A stretch of DNA of 64,000 nucleotides, taken from NCBI GenBank assembly GCA_041742965.1, contig JBGTNQ010000010.1:38079-102078 (forward strand), in the 5' to 3' direction. Positions 35,935 to 45,411 of the stretch are shown piece after piece. Numbering within the stretch: the first letter of the stretch is position 1; every line of letters begins with the position of its first letter. The notes below the pieces were generated by a model. It did not search any database. It had not been told where the DNA came from and was given only the letters and a program-made list of their open reading frames with translations. This DNA is from Minisyncoccia bacterium. GTDB lineage: Bacteria > Patescibacteriota > Minisyncoccia > Phycocordibacterales > Zambryskibacteraceae. The position numbers were made by a program, and so were the translations under genes.

Positions 35935-37323
35935 CTATAAGCTAACCCTTGGTCCTTCAGGGAGGTCTTCTACTGCATATCCTAGGGATTTGAGTTCGTC
36001 ACGGAGTTTGTCTGATGTTTTCCAGTCTTTGTTTTTTCTAGCGTCTTCTCTTTTGTTTATGATGTTTTGAATATTTTCTGGGAGATTAGTAGTTGAAACA
36101 TCTTCTAATTTATTAGCACTGCCCTCTATTCCAAGGCCGAGTAATTTATCAAATTCACCAATAGTTGTTTTCTTATCTTCTACCGATACTCGGTCATCTT
36201 TTATAAGTTCCCAAAGAAGGGCGATTGATTTTGGTGTATCGAGGTCATCTTCCATTGCTTCAATAAGATTCTTTTTGTATCCCTCATTAATTTTTCCGCC
36301 GTCTGGGAGAGTTTTCCAAAATTTAATAATTTTTAAATAAGCTGTTTGCGCAGATTCTAGTGCTTCAAAAGAAAAGTTAATTGGGCTTGAGTATCTTGCC
36401 TGAAGGAGCCAGTAGCGATAGGCGAGTGGAAGAAACTTTTTTTCAGATAAGGTCTTTAAGGTTATGAAGTTTCCTTCCGACTTTGCCATCTTGTCATTTT
36501 CTACATTCACAAAAGCATTGTGTAGCCAATAATTTACAAATTGGCATTCACAAGCATTTTCAGATTGAGCTATTTCATTGTTGTGGTGTATGGGAGCGAG
36601 GTCTATTCCTCCTGTGTGAATATCAAAGTGGTTGCCCAAGTATTTTCTGGCCATAGCTGAACACTCTATGTGCCAGCCGGGGAAACCCTTGCCCCAAGGA
36701 CTTCCAAATCCAAGCTCAGGATTTATTTTCCAGAGAGCAAAATCACGCGAATTTTTCTTTTCAGAGTTGATTCCAATACGGGAGTGCTCATCTGTTTCAT
36801 CCGAATTTCCACCAAGCTTTCCGTAATGCGGGTCTTTCCCTGTATCAAAATAAATGCCATCGCTTGTTTTGTATGCGAAACCTTTTTCTTCCAAGGTTTT
36901 TATGAGGTTTATATCTTCAGCAATGTGTTCGCTGGCTTTTGGAAGAGAGTGCGGGGCAAGGATATTCATTTCCACTAAATCTTTTTTGAAAGACTCGGTG
37001 TAAAAGTCGGCCAACTCTTTCATGGCTTCTAAAGTTAAAGGTTTCCCTTCTCTTTTGAGACCTTTGGTCATCTTGTCTTCTCCTTCATCTTCACCTCCGG
37101 ACAGGTGTCCAATATCAGTGATGTTTATCACCTGTTTTACAGAATAGCCGGTGTATTCAAAAGTTCGGCGCAATATATCTGCAGTAGTCCAAGAGCGGAG
37201 GTTACCAATATGCACATAGTCATAGACAGTAGGTCCGCAGTGGTACATACCCACCGCTCCATTTTGGATTGGTTCAAATTTTTCCTTTTTGCCTGTTGGG
37301 GTGTTAGTAAGAAAGAGTGACAT
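35935..37323 (-). CDS. cysS: Cysteine--tRNA ligase
   Basis: HIGN (HIGH) and KMAKS (KMSKS) motifs and a Zn-binding Cys pattern. Confidence 0.9.
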   Translation of the reverse strand: MSLFLTNTPTGKKEKFEPIQNGAVGMYHCGPTVYDYVHIGNLRSWTTADILRRTFEYTGYSVKQVINITDIGHLSGGEDEGEDKMTKGLKREGKPLTLEAMKELADFYTESFKKDLVEMNILAPHSLPKASEHIAEDINLIKTLEEKGFAYKTSDGIYFDTGKDPHYGKLGGNSDETDEHSRIGINSEKKNSRDFALWKINPELGFGSPWGKGFPGWHIECSAMARKYLGNHFDIHTGGIDLAPIHHNNEIAQSENACECQFVNYWLHNAFVNVENDKMAKSEGNFITLKTLSEKKFLPLAYRYWLLQARYSSPINFSFEALESAQTAYLKIIKFWKTLPDGGKINEGYKKNLIEAMEDDLDTPKSIALLWELIKDDRVSVEDKKTTIGEFDKLLGLGIEGSANKLEDVSTTNLPENIQNIINKREDARKNKDWKTSDKLRDELKSLGYAVEDLPEGPRVSL

Positions 37324-37406
37324 TTATGTGGGGAAGAATGACGAATAAGGAATAAGGAATAAAGATAAAATCGCTATTTGTTATTCACTACTCATCATTC
37401 TTAATT

Positions 37407-38321
37407 CTAAAGCCATTTTTTGTATTTGAAGAACATAAACATAAAGAATGTGGCAACAAGCATGATACTAATAACAATCCAGAAATCATCTGATCGTCCA
37501 ACAATTGGTATAAAAGATGTGTTCATACCAAATATTGAAGCAATAAGCGTGAGTGGAAATGTTATGAAGGCTATGATTGTTAATGTCTTCATAATCTCAT
37601 TTTGTTTTGTAGAAAGCAGGGAGTTATTGGTCTCACGGAGTTCAGAGATTAGCTCCAGGTTGCTTCTAAGGGCATTGTGCATTTTCTTGTATTCATGAAT
37701 AATCCTCTTCACATGATAGGCAAAGTGGTCACCAAATAATTTTAGGCCAAGAGTTTCTAGGTTTTCTAAAACATCTCTATGAAAATCTGTATATTTCTTG
37801 AAGTTCAGTAGGTCTCTTGAAGGTATAGAAAGTTCAATAACCATTTCTCTTTCTTTTCCAGCGAATATTCCTTCCTCAATCCTACTTACTGATGAGCCAA
37901 TATATTCTAGTTCGTTGAAAAGTGAACTATATATTTCTTGTAAAATGCCGAAGAAAATCACTCCAGTGCAATCTTCTTCAAAATCTCTATCTAGAATTTC
38001 TTTTACCTCTACCACCTTGGCGAATTTTTCCAAGGCATCTATGGTGTCATATCTAACTGTAATTAAAAAATCTTTTCCAATAATAAAATCTAACTCCTGT
38101 TTACTGTCTCCGGTGTGAGTGTGTTTGAATACAGGGAAGTGGAGGATTAGATAGAGGAAATCGCGGTGGGCCTCTACACGAGACTTCGGTGACTCCGAGG
38201 TCATCTCATTTGCCACCAGTGGGTCTATTGAGAATTCTTCCATTACAGCACGAACTTCTTCCGTTGTTGGGTGTTTGAGGTCTACCCAGACAGTATCTTT
38301 GTGTTTGTATCTATTGACCAT
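37407..38321 (-). CDS. corA: Magnesium/cobalt transporter CorA
   Basis: C-terminal two TM helices with the GMN motif (IFGMNTSFIP). The 5-prime end is uncertain: the ORF-track start at 38408 is TTG, so ATG at 38321 is chosen. Confidence 0.7.
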   Translation of the reverse strand: MVNRYKHKDTVWVDLKHPTTEEVRAVMEEFSIDPLVANEMTSESPKSRVEAHRDFLYLILHFPVFKHTHTGDSKQELDFIIGKDFLITVRYDTIDALEKFAKVVEVKEILDRDFEEDCTGVIFFGILQEIYSSLFNELEYIGSSVSRIEEGIFAGKEREMVIELSIPSRDLLNFKKYTDFHRDVLENLETLGLKLFGDHFAYHVKRIIHEYKKMHNALRSNLELISELRETNNSLLSTKQNEIMKTLTIIAFITFPLTLIASIFGMNTSFIPIVGRSDDFWIVISIMLVATFFMFMFFKYKKWL

Positions 38322-38446
38322 ATGCGCCAAGTATATCACGGCTCTAGGTGTCTTACTTTTCCACAATTGGTAATAATGTTTCTCTATATAAGTTATTGTG
38401 GTTAACAATGATATGGTAGTATTATCGTAGTAAGGAATATTTTTCT

Positions 38447-39676
38447 ATGAGACCCTCTCAACGGAACGCCATATCTTTCGTCTTAATAGCCCTTCTTTTA
38501 TGGGGCGCTTTTTCTCTAGGGTTGGACAGAGGTGAAAGGAGGGCGAATTCTCTCGATTTAATAAATGCAGTTGAAAACAAAGATTTATATAAGCCAGAAG
38601 CAGTTGATTTTTCCGCTTTTTGGAAAGCATGGAATATCATAAATGAAAAATATGTTCCTGCCAGTTCTACAGACGCTCAGGTTAGTAATGAAGAAAAAAT
38701 GTTTGGGGCCATACAGGGATTGGTTTCATCTTTGGGAGACCCGCATACGGTCTTTTTTCCTCCAGTAGAAAATGAAATATTCCAGAGTGACGTAAGGGGT
38801 AATTTTGAAGGAGTGGGGATGGAGGTGGGTATGCGCGATGGTGTCTTGACGGTTATTTCACCACTCAAGGACACTCCCGCTTATCGTGCTGGTGTAGAAA
38901 CAGGGGACAAGATTATTCGTATAGATGACAAAATAACGACAAACCTCACCACAGATGAAGCCATATCTCTTATAAGGGGCAAAAAGGGGACTACCGTCAC
39001 CATTTCTGTGATTCGCAATGGATCTAGCGAGCCGATAGTCATACCTATAGTCAGGGATACAATAAATATACCCACTATTAGAACGGAGCAGATGAGTAAC
39101 GGTATCTTTTTGATAGAGCTTTATAATTTTTCTGCTAATTCTCCAAATCTTTTTCGTTCTGCTTTACGTGAATTTGTTAGTTCGGGTAAACACAAACTTC
39201 TTTTGGATTTACGGGGTAACCCGGGTGGGTATTTAGAAGCGTCTATTGATATGGCTAGCTGGTTCCTACCTCCTGGTAAGGTAATAGTCAGAGAGGATTT
39301 TGGTGGTAATAAAGACGAGCACCTATATAGGAGTAAGGGGTATGACATATTCAATAATAATTTAGACCTCGTCATTTTAATTGATGGCGGTTCTGCTTCT
39401 GCATCAGAGATTTTGGCGGGTGCGCTCAGGGAACATGGTGTCGCCACTTTGGTAGGAGATAGAACATTTGGAAAAGGGTCAGTGCAGGAGCTTGTGGATG
39501 TTACTTCAAATACTTCCATAAAAGTGACTATCGCCAGATGGCTTACTCCCAACGGGGTTTCCATATCTGACGGTGGTTTAGAGCCGGATGTCTTGGTCAA
39601 AGTAACTAGGGAGGATATTGAAGCGGGCCGTGATACTCAAATAGAGAAGGCTATTGAAATCTTGCTTTCTCAGTAA
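38447..39676 (+). CDS. ctpA: Carboxyl-terminal processing protease (S41)
   Basis: PDZ domain, S41 catalytic Ser (GGSASASE) and Lys region. Confidence 0.85.
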   Translation: MRPSQRNAISFVLIALLLWGAFSLGLDRGERRANSLDLINAVENKDLYKPEAVDFSAFWKAWNIINEKYVPASSTDAQVSNEEKMFGAIQGLVSSLGDPHTVFFPPVENEIFQSDVRGNFEGVGMEVGMRDGVLTVISPLKDTPAYRAGVETGDKIIRIDDKITTNLTTDEAISLIRGKKGTTVTISVIRNGSSEPIVIPIVRDTINIPTIRTEQMSNGIFLIELYNFSANSPNLFRSALREFVSSGKHKLLLDLRGNPGGYLEASIDMASWFLPPGKVIVREDFGGNKDEHLYRSKGYDIFNNNLDLVILIDGGSASASEILAGALREHGVATLVGDRTFGKGSVQELVDVTSNTSIKVTIARWLTPNGVSISDGGLEPDVLVKVTREDIEAGRDTQIEKAIEILLSQ

Positions 39677-39728
39677 AAGTCAGTACAATATCCACCACTT
39701 ACCAGACGCGAATTAATACGAAACAGTA

Positions 39729-40172
39729 ATGAAGGTTATTTTTTTAAAACAAGTGCCGAGTGCAGGGAATAAATATGAAGTAAAGAATGTATCTGATGGA
39801 TACGCTACTAATTTTTTGATTCCAAATGGTTTAGCTTTGGCTGCGACAGACAGCGCCCTCAAAAAAATACTTTCTCAGAAAGAACAAGAAGATTCAGAAA
39901 AAAAGGTTCATGAGGATTTGCTTTTGAAAAACATTAAGGACTTAGAAGGTGTGAGAGTTGAAATGAAAGAGCCGGCAAATGAACAAGGGCACCTTTTTGC
40001 TGGAATCCATGCTTCCGAAATTGTGCCAGTTATAAAAGAACAGACTCGTTTGGAAATTCTTCCTGAGCATATAAAACTTCCTAAACCAATAAAGGAGGTT
40101 GGAGAACACAAAATTTCTGTAAACATTCAAGATATTAAGGTGGAATTTATATTGGTAGTGACGGCGAGGTAA
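39729..40172 (+). CDS. rplI: 50S ribosomal protein L9
   Basis: MKVIFLKQVPSAGNKYEVKNVSDGYATNFLIPNGLA. Confidence 0.85.
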   Translation: MKVIFLKQVPSAGNKYEVKNVSDGYATNFLIPNGLALAATDSALKKILSQKEQEDSEKKVHEDLLLKNIKDLEGVRVEMKEPANEQGHLFAGIHASEIVPVIKEQTRLEILPEHIKLPKPIKEVGEHKISVNIQDIKVEFILVVTAR

Positions 40173-40202
40173 TGGGTGAATGATGAATGGGGAATAGTGA
40201 TA

Positions 40203-40230
40203 CCCCCCGCGGACTATCGTCCGCGGGGGG
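40203..40230. terminator. Rho-independent terminator (11-bp GC stem ccccccgcgga/tccgcgggggg plus tttt)
   Basis: Directly after rplI. Confidence 0.7.
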
Positions 40231-40242
40231 TTTTGGGGTTAC

Positions 40243-40554
40243 TTATGGCTCTAGCCGTCTAGAGAGCTCCCTTTCGGTGAGCTTTCGTAGAGCATGGGCT
40301 ACAGAATTGTTTGATGGTGTGGCTCCAATGGGGAGGTCTTCTTCCAGGATTTCCAACAAATTCTCTTGAATCTGCATAAACTCTTGGAGTGGCAGATTAT
40401 CAAGAATTTTGATAAACCTTTCCAAATCCTCTGTCGTTGATTCCTCGATTACACTAATCCTCCAGATCCAATCCTTGTCCTCAAGTATCAATAGTTCTTC
40501 AGTTGCCGACCACCAACAGCGTCGGACTTTGCGTAGAGCTTCCGAAAGTTGCAC
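40243..40554 (-). CDS. Hypothetical acidic protein (103 aa, GTG start), GC-rich cassette-type gene
   Basis: AGGAGAG 4 nt before GTG. GC-rich. Confidence 0.4.
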   Translation of the reverse strand: MQLSEALRKVRRCWWSATEELLILEDKDWIWRISVIEESTTEDLERFIKILDNLPLQEFMQIQENLLEILEEDLPIGATPSNNSVAHALRKLTERELSRRLEP

Positions 40555-40662
40555 GGGTCTCTCCTAGAGAAGGGGAAGATCTAAATTCTGTTGTTATTTT
40601 TACCACTTTATTTTATTTATGTCAAAATAACAAAAAATCCCACCTTAGGTGGGATTTTTTGT

Positions 40663-40935
40663 TTAGATAACGTGGATGATTTTTTTGATGACCGTTTTAT
40701 TGTTGAAGTGTATTTTGCGTTTATTTTTCATTTCTACTAATCCTTCAGTGAGAGCAAATAGGGTATGGTCTCTTCCCATTCCTACGTTTTTACCAGGGAG
40801 AACATCTGTACCGCGTTGCCTAACCAAAATTGAACCAGTAGTAGTTCTTGCTCCGGGCGTGACTTTAACACCCAGATATTTGGGGTTTGAATCTCTTCCG
40901 TTTTTTGTTGATCCACCAGCTTTTTTTGTTGCCAT
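40663..40935 (-). CDS. rpmA: 50S ribosomal protein L27
   Basis: [24 protein letters not shown]... Bidirectional terminator at 40633-40660. Confidence 0.85.
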   Translation of the reverse strand: MATKKAGGSTKNGRDSNPKYLGVKVTPGARTTTGSILVRQRGTDVLPGKNVGMGRDHTLFALTEGLVEMKNKRKIHFNNKTVIKKIIHVI

Positions 40936-40950
40936 TTCTTATATAATTAA

Positions 40951-41418
40951 GTGCGTATGAGTATAGAAGAATATAAAGAAAAAAGCAAGCCTCAAAATGG
41001 AGAGGGGCATGGTCAAGATATCCCGACTGAGGAAGAGTTTGATATAGTCAGCGTTGGCGAGACTTTTGATAAAAAGAAGGTTTTTGGGAACTTCCTCATT
41101 CTTATTTTAGTAGCCACAGCTTCCTTTGGTCTGGGTAGGCTTGCTTTTTATGACTCTATAAAGATGCCGGTATCTATAAAGAACCTCCCAGAGATTAATA
41201 CCCCATCTATTGGGGGTAGTGCCCCGATTCCAGTGGTTCAAGGGGTTAGTGTCCAATCTGGTAGTGTGGTGGCTTCTAAAAATAGTAATAAGTATCATGC
41301 CCTCTGGTGTCCAGGAGCAAAACAAATTTCAGAAACAAATAAGGTTTATTATGCTTCGGCAGAGGATGCTCGCAAGGCAGGACTAACTCCGGCAGGGAAT
41401 TGTAAGGGACTGGAGTAG
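40951..41418 (+). CDS. Membrane-anchored protein with C-terminal Ada-like YHxxxC...PC metal-binding motif
   Basis: One TM helix. C-terminus KYHALWCPGAKQISETNKVYYASAEDARKAGLTPAGNC resembles the Ada N-terminal Zn-binding pattern. Confidence 0.45.
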   Translation: MRMSIEEYKEKSKPQNGEGHGQDIPTEEEFDIVSVGETFDKKKVFGNFLILILVATASFGLGRLAFYDSIKMPVSIKNLPEINTPSIGGSAPIPVVQGVSVQSGSVVASKNSNKYHALWCPGAKQISETNKVYYASAEDARKAGLTPAGNCKGLE

Positions 41419-41489
41419 CTTAGGGCTTCTAAGGGAGACAGGAAAATAGAAAGATGAAAATAGAAAATAGAGAGCGGGAAAGAAAAAAA

Positions 41490-41518
41490 CCGCACGGTTG
41501 CATACTGCAACCGTGCGG
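41490..41518 (-). terminator. Rho-independent terminator for gene 41522-41734
   Basis: ccgcacggttgca-tac-tgcaaccgtgcgg with an A-run on the + strand (T-run on the minus strand). Confidence 0.6.
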
Positions 41519-41521
41519 GAA

Positions 41522-41734
41522 TTAATGGCTATTTTCCCCTAGTTTTAACTCATAAGCGACGATCTCTAGTCCACGCTTATAGCCCATCAGGTAACTTTTG
41601 CCACAAGATGAAGGCTTTATTCCCATGAGAGCATGGGTCTTCCCTCGGCCATAGCGTAACCTGAGCAGACCTGGGTTCTCAGCCCTTTTCGGCTTTCTCG
41701 TGAGCTTCTTGCCAGGCCTCTTTTTCATCGGCAT
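41522..41734 (-). CDS. Hypothetical basic protein (70 aa), GC-rich cassette-type gene
   Basis: GGAGA 5 nt before ATG 41734 (MPMKKRPGKK...). The longer ORF-track ORF would start with GTG without spacing. Confidence 0.35.
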   Translation of the reverse strand: MPMKKRPGKKLTRKPKRAENPGLLRLRYGRGKTHALMGIKPSSCGKSYLMGYKRGLEIVAYELKLGENSH

Positions 41735-41859
41735 ATGAGTCTCCGGTGGATAGGTGATGTAGAGCTGATCTTCGGAAATACTACAACAAGAATTAGAAAC
41801 TGCAAAATTCACCCTCGACCCGTTTGGATATCTCGTTTTTTTGTGTTAATTTGGTATAA

Positions 41860-43140
41860 ATGGAACGGACGAAAAGGAGAATTTCTACCCTAGCCACCTC
41901 GCTTTCTGTGGGGTGGTTTTTGGCATTGCGACAAGTTAGGCGCTCCAGTATTGCTACCACAGTACTCATTATTTTTGTGATGATACTCACATTTTTGAAC
42001 CTTGTGGTTGTGCGTGGTATTTTGGTTGGCCTCATAGAGGGCTCAACAGATGTTTATAAGACAGCCTATGCAGGTGACATTTTAATCACCTCACTTCCCA
42101 AGAAAGACTCTATTGAAAACAGCCCTGATATATTAAGCACAGTCCGCTCTTTACCTTGGACAGAGTCAATGACATATCGCTTCGTTTCTGGCGGTTCTAT
42201 TGAGGCAAATTATAAAACTAAACTTCGTGAAACAGACGCTCCAAACTCTGCTGTCGGTTCTATAGTGGGGATAAATCCTGTAATTGAAAATGAAGCCACA
42301 AATTTGCGCTCATATATTATAGAGGGGGAATATTTAGATCTAAATGATTCAGATAGCATACTTCTAGGGGCAAATTTTTTGAGAAAATATCTAGATATTG
42401 AGGCACCCGGACTCTCTCTTTTGGAGGATGTGGAAGTTGGAGATACGGTTAGGGTTCAGATTGGAGAGAATACAAAAGAATTTTTACTTAAAGGAATACT
42501 ACAGAGTAAGGCAGATCAAGTGGATTTTAGAATGTTTGTCTTAGATACCACATTGAGAAGCATGTCAGGAAAGACTGATTTTAATGTGAATGAGATTAGT
42601 GTTTTTCTAAAACCGGGCACAGACCCAGAAATAGTGAAATCAGCTATTTTGAAAACTGGAGCAGGAGACTTTGCTAGAGTTCAGACTTGGGAGGAATCTT
42701 TGCCAAAATTTCTTCTCGATATAAAAAACACTTTCGGTCTTTTGGGTAATGTGGTCGGCTCCATTGGTCTTATCGCCGCTTCCATAACCATATTTATTAT
42801 CATATTCGTGAACGCTATTACTAGGAGGAAATTTATAGGAATTTTGAAGGGGATTGGTATTGATTCTATGGCTGTAGAATTTTCTTATGTTCTTCAGGCT
42901 TTTTTCTATGCCTTAATAGGTATAGGTATAGGTTTGCTGATTCTCTATGGTTTCCTAGTGCCTTTCATCGCTGAGAACCCTATTAAGTTCCCGTTTAGCG
43001 ATGGTATTTTGGTGGCAGAAATTCCCAATACTATGACGCGCGCAGGAATATTGATGATAGCTACTGTTATCGCCGGATATATACCCGCAAGGATTGTGGT
43101 AAAACAAAACACATTAGACGCGATTTTAGGAAGAAAATAA
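41860..43140 (+). CDS. ABC transporter permease, FtsX-like/MacB-type
   Basis: N-terminal TM, large periplasmic MacB-PCD-like domain, three C-terminal TM helices. Confidence 0.85.
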   Translation: MERTKRRISTLATSLSVGWFLALRQVRRSSIATTVLIIFVMILTFLNLVVVRGILVGLIEGSTDVYKTAYAGDILITSLPKKDSIENSPDILSTVRSLPWTESMTYRFVSGGSIEANYKTKLRETDAPNSAVGSIVGINPVIENEATNLRSYIIEGEYLDLNDSDSILLGANFLRKYLDIEAPGLSLLEDVEVGDTVRVQIGENTKEFLLKGILQSKADQVDFRMFVLDTTLRSMSGKTDFNVNEISVFLKPGTDPEIVKSAILKTGAGDFARVQTWEESLPKFLLDIKNTFGLLGNVVGSIGLIAASITIFIIIFVNAITRRKFIGILKGIGIDSMAVEFSYVLQAFFYALIGIGIGLLILYGFLVPFIAENPIKFPFSDGILVAEIPNTMTRAGILMIATVIAGYIPARIVVKQNTLDAILGRK

Positions 43141-43153
43141 TTTCCGTATTTAT

Positions 43154-43837
43154 ATGATAAGAGCAGAAAACATTGTAAAAAAATTCAAAAGTGGAGATTC
43201 GGAAATTATTGCCGTTAATGATGTTTCTTTTGAGGTTAAGACTGGAGAGTTCGTATCCATCACAGGGCGTTCTGGTTCTGGTAAATCTACTCTGATGTAT
43301 CAAATGAGTCTTCTGGACTACCCAACATCAGGAGATGTTTATATAGATGACAAAAGAGTGACCAACCTTTCTTCAGAGGACAGAACAAGGATAAGGCTTG
43401 AGCAATTAGGTTATATTTTTCAGGACTATGCTCTTATTCCAGAATTGTCTGCCATAGAAAATACTATGATACCCCTTCTAATGCAGGGTTTAACAAAAAA
43501 AGAAGCAGAACTTAGAGCCAAAGAATCTTTGGATAGAATTGGTTTAGGTGACAGACTAGACAATCTTCCAAGTCAACTTTCTGGAGGTCAACAACAGAGA
43601 GTATCTATTGCCAGAGCCATAGCTCATAAGCCAAAGATTGTTTTTGCCGATGAGCCAACGGCAAACTTAGATTCAGAAACTTCAGAAATAGTATTGAAAA
43701 ACTTTTTGGAACTGAATCGTGAAGGGCAAACTATTATTATGGTGACTCATGAAGCAGAATATGCTGCGCTCACTGATAGGGTGATTACTCTTTCTGACGG
43801 CAGTATAGTGGAAGATATTTATAATAAGCATAAATAA
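43154..43837 (+). CDS. ABC transporter ATP-binding protein (MacB/LolD-type)
   Basis: Walker A GRSGSGKST, signature LSGGQQQRVSIARA, Walker B IVFADEPT. Confidence 0.9.
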   Translation: MIRAENIVKKFKSGDSEIIAVNDVSFEVKTGEFVSITGRSGSGKSTLMYQMSLLDYPTSGDVYIDDKRVTNLSSEDRTRIRLEQLGYIFQDYALIPELSAIENTMIPLLMQGLTKKEAELRAKESLDRIGLGDRLDNLPSQLSGGQQQRVSIARAIAHKPKIVFADEPTANLDSETSEIVLKNFLELNREGQTIIMVTHEAEYAALTDRVITLSDGSIVEDIYNKHK

Positions 43838-43865
43838 TTAACCTGTTATAATCTAGAGAATAATT

Positions 43866-45389
43866 ATGAAAGAAAAAATAAAAAATGTTTCATTTTATAT
43901 AAAAAATAGGCCGAAAAGATTTATTCTTTTGGCATTATTTCTAGTTATCATCTTCTTTTCATTAGGAAAAAATGGCAACGATAGTATAAGAGACATATCG
44001 GTCGTTAGAGGTGATCTTGTTCAGGAGGTGGCCGTAATAGGTAAGACGAAAGCTTTTCAGAGCGTAGATTTGGCTTTTGAGACAAGTGGGAAGGTGTCTT
44101 ATGCTCCGGCTGTATTGGGCGAAAAGGTTTCTCGTGGCTCTGTTTTGGCTCAGTTGGAGACTTCTACAAAATTGGCGGAAGTTGCTAGGGCAAAGGCGAA
44201 TCTTTTTGAGGAAGAAGTGCGTCTTGCTGAGATAAGTCGTCAAAGTATGGATGGCTCTAATCAAGCCAGAGAGAGTATGGTGGCCACCATAAGGAACTCT
44301 TATACTCGAGTTGATGATGCTGTTCGTAATTATGCGGATCGTTTTTTCAAAGACCCAGCCACTCAGTCAACTTATTTTGAGCTGATTATTGTCGACGGGG
44401 CGACGACCTACCACTTTTTGGTAAATGATAGTTTAAAAAGGGAATTAAATATACTTCGTCGTGGTTTGGAAAAAGATATACAGGATTGGCAGGCTGATTT
44501 AAATAGTCTATCAATTAATTCAGATTTAGGGCCTTTTGTTTTAGAGACGGAAAAAGTTTTAAATGACACTAAGATTTTTTTGGACAAGTTGGCTTCTGCT
44601 ATAAATTCAATATCGAATGTTGATTTTCAATACCAGTCTAATCTGAGTGGATACAAGGCCGATGTTTCAACTGCTAGAACATCTGTTTCTACAGCTATTT
44701 CTAATTTGATTATAGCGAAAGAAAAACTTTCGGCATCACCTCAAGATATTTCTGGCGTAGGGGGGCCTTCTTCTCTAGATGCTATTTTGGCTCAAGAAGC
44801 GAGAGTGGCCCAATATCGAGCACAATTACAGAGTGCAGAGGCGGACCTTTCTCGTTTGACTATATATTCTCCAATTGACGGCACAGTAACAAGGCAGGAT
44901 GCTAAACTCGGTGAAATAGTGACGGCAGGAAAACCTGTGGTATCTGTAATTTCAGTAGATGAATTAGAAATTGAAGCGAATGTATCTGAGGTGAATATAG
45001 GAAAAGTGAATGTTGGCAATTCAGTTAAGATAATATTCGATGCTTTTCCTGGCCAGGAATTTTCTGGTGAGGTAATTTTTATTGATCCTGCAGAAACCAT
45101 GGTTGACGGGGTGGTGAATTATAAAATAAAAGTAGCATTCACTGACGATTCTAGTCTTATAAAGAGTGGGCTAACATCGAGTATTTATATTAAAACTTTG
45201 GAGTCTCAAGGGGTTTTGAAAATTCCTTTGTATGCCGTCAGGGAGAGAGACGGTCAATCTTTTGTTTCTAAGGTTGTAAATGGTCAAGTTGTTGAGACTC
45301 CGATAAATGTGGGCTTTGTTGGAAATGACAGCTTTGTAGAAATTATCTCCGGTCTTTCTGAAGGCGAAGTTGTGAGGGTTGGGGAGTAG
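43866..45389 (+). CDS. HlyD/MacA-like periplasmic adaptor with long coiled coil
   Basis: N-terminal TM, biotinyl/lipoyl-like half-motifs flanking a ~250-aa coiled coil, beta-barrel C-domain. Confidence 0.65.
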   Translation: MKEKIKNVSFYIKNRPKRFILLALFLVIIFFSLGKNGNDSIRDISVVRGDLVQEVAVIGKTKAFQSVDLAFETSGKVSYAPAVLGEKVSRGSVLAQLETSTKLAEVARAKANLFEEEVRLAEISRQSMDGSNQARESMVATIRNSYTRVDDAVRNYADRFFKDPATQSTYFELIIVDGATTYHFLVNDSLKRELNILRRGLEKDIQDWQADLNSLSINSDLGPFVLETEKVLNDTKIFLDKLASAINSISNVDFQYQSNLSGYKADVSTARTSVSTAISNLIIAKEKLSASPQDISGVGGPSSLDAILAQEARVAQYRAQLQSAEADLSRLTIYSPIDGTVTRQDAKLGEIVTAGKPVVSVISVDELEIEANVSEVNIGKVNVGNSVKIIFDAFPGQEFSGEVIFIDPAETMVDGVVNYKIKVAFTDDSSLIKSGLTSSIYIKTLESQGVLKIPLYAVRERDGQSFVSKVVNGQVVETPINVGFVGNDSFVEIISGLSEGEVVRVGE

Positions 45390-45411
45390 TATAGTATTTA
45401 AGAGAATCTTT

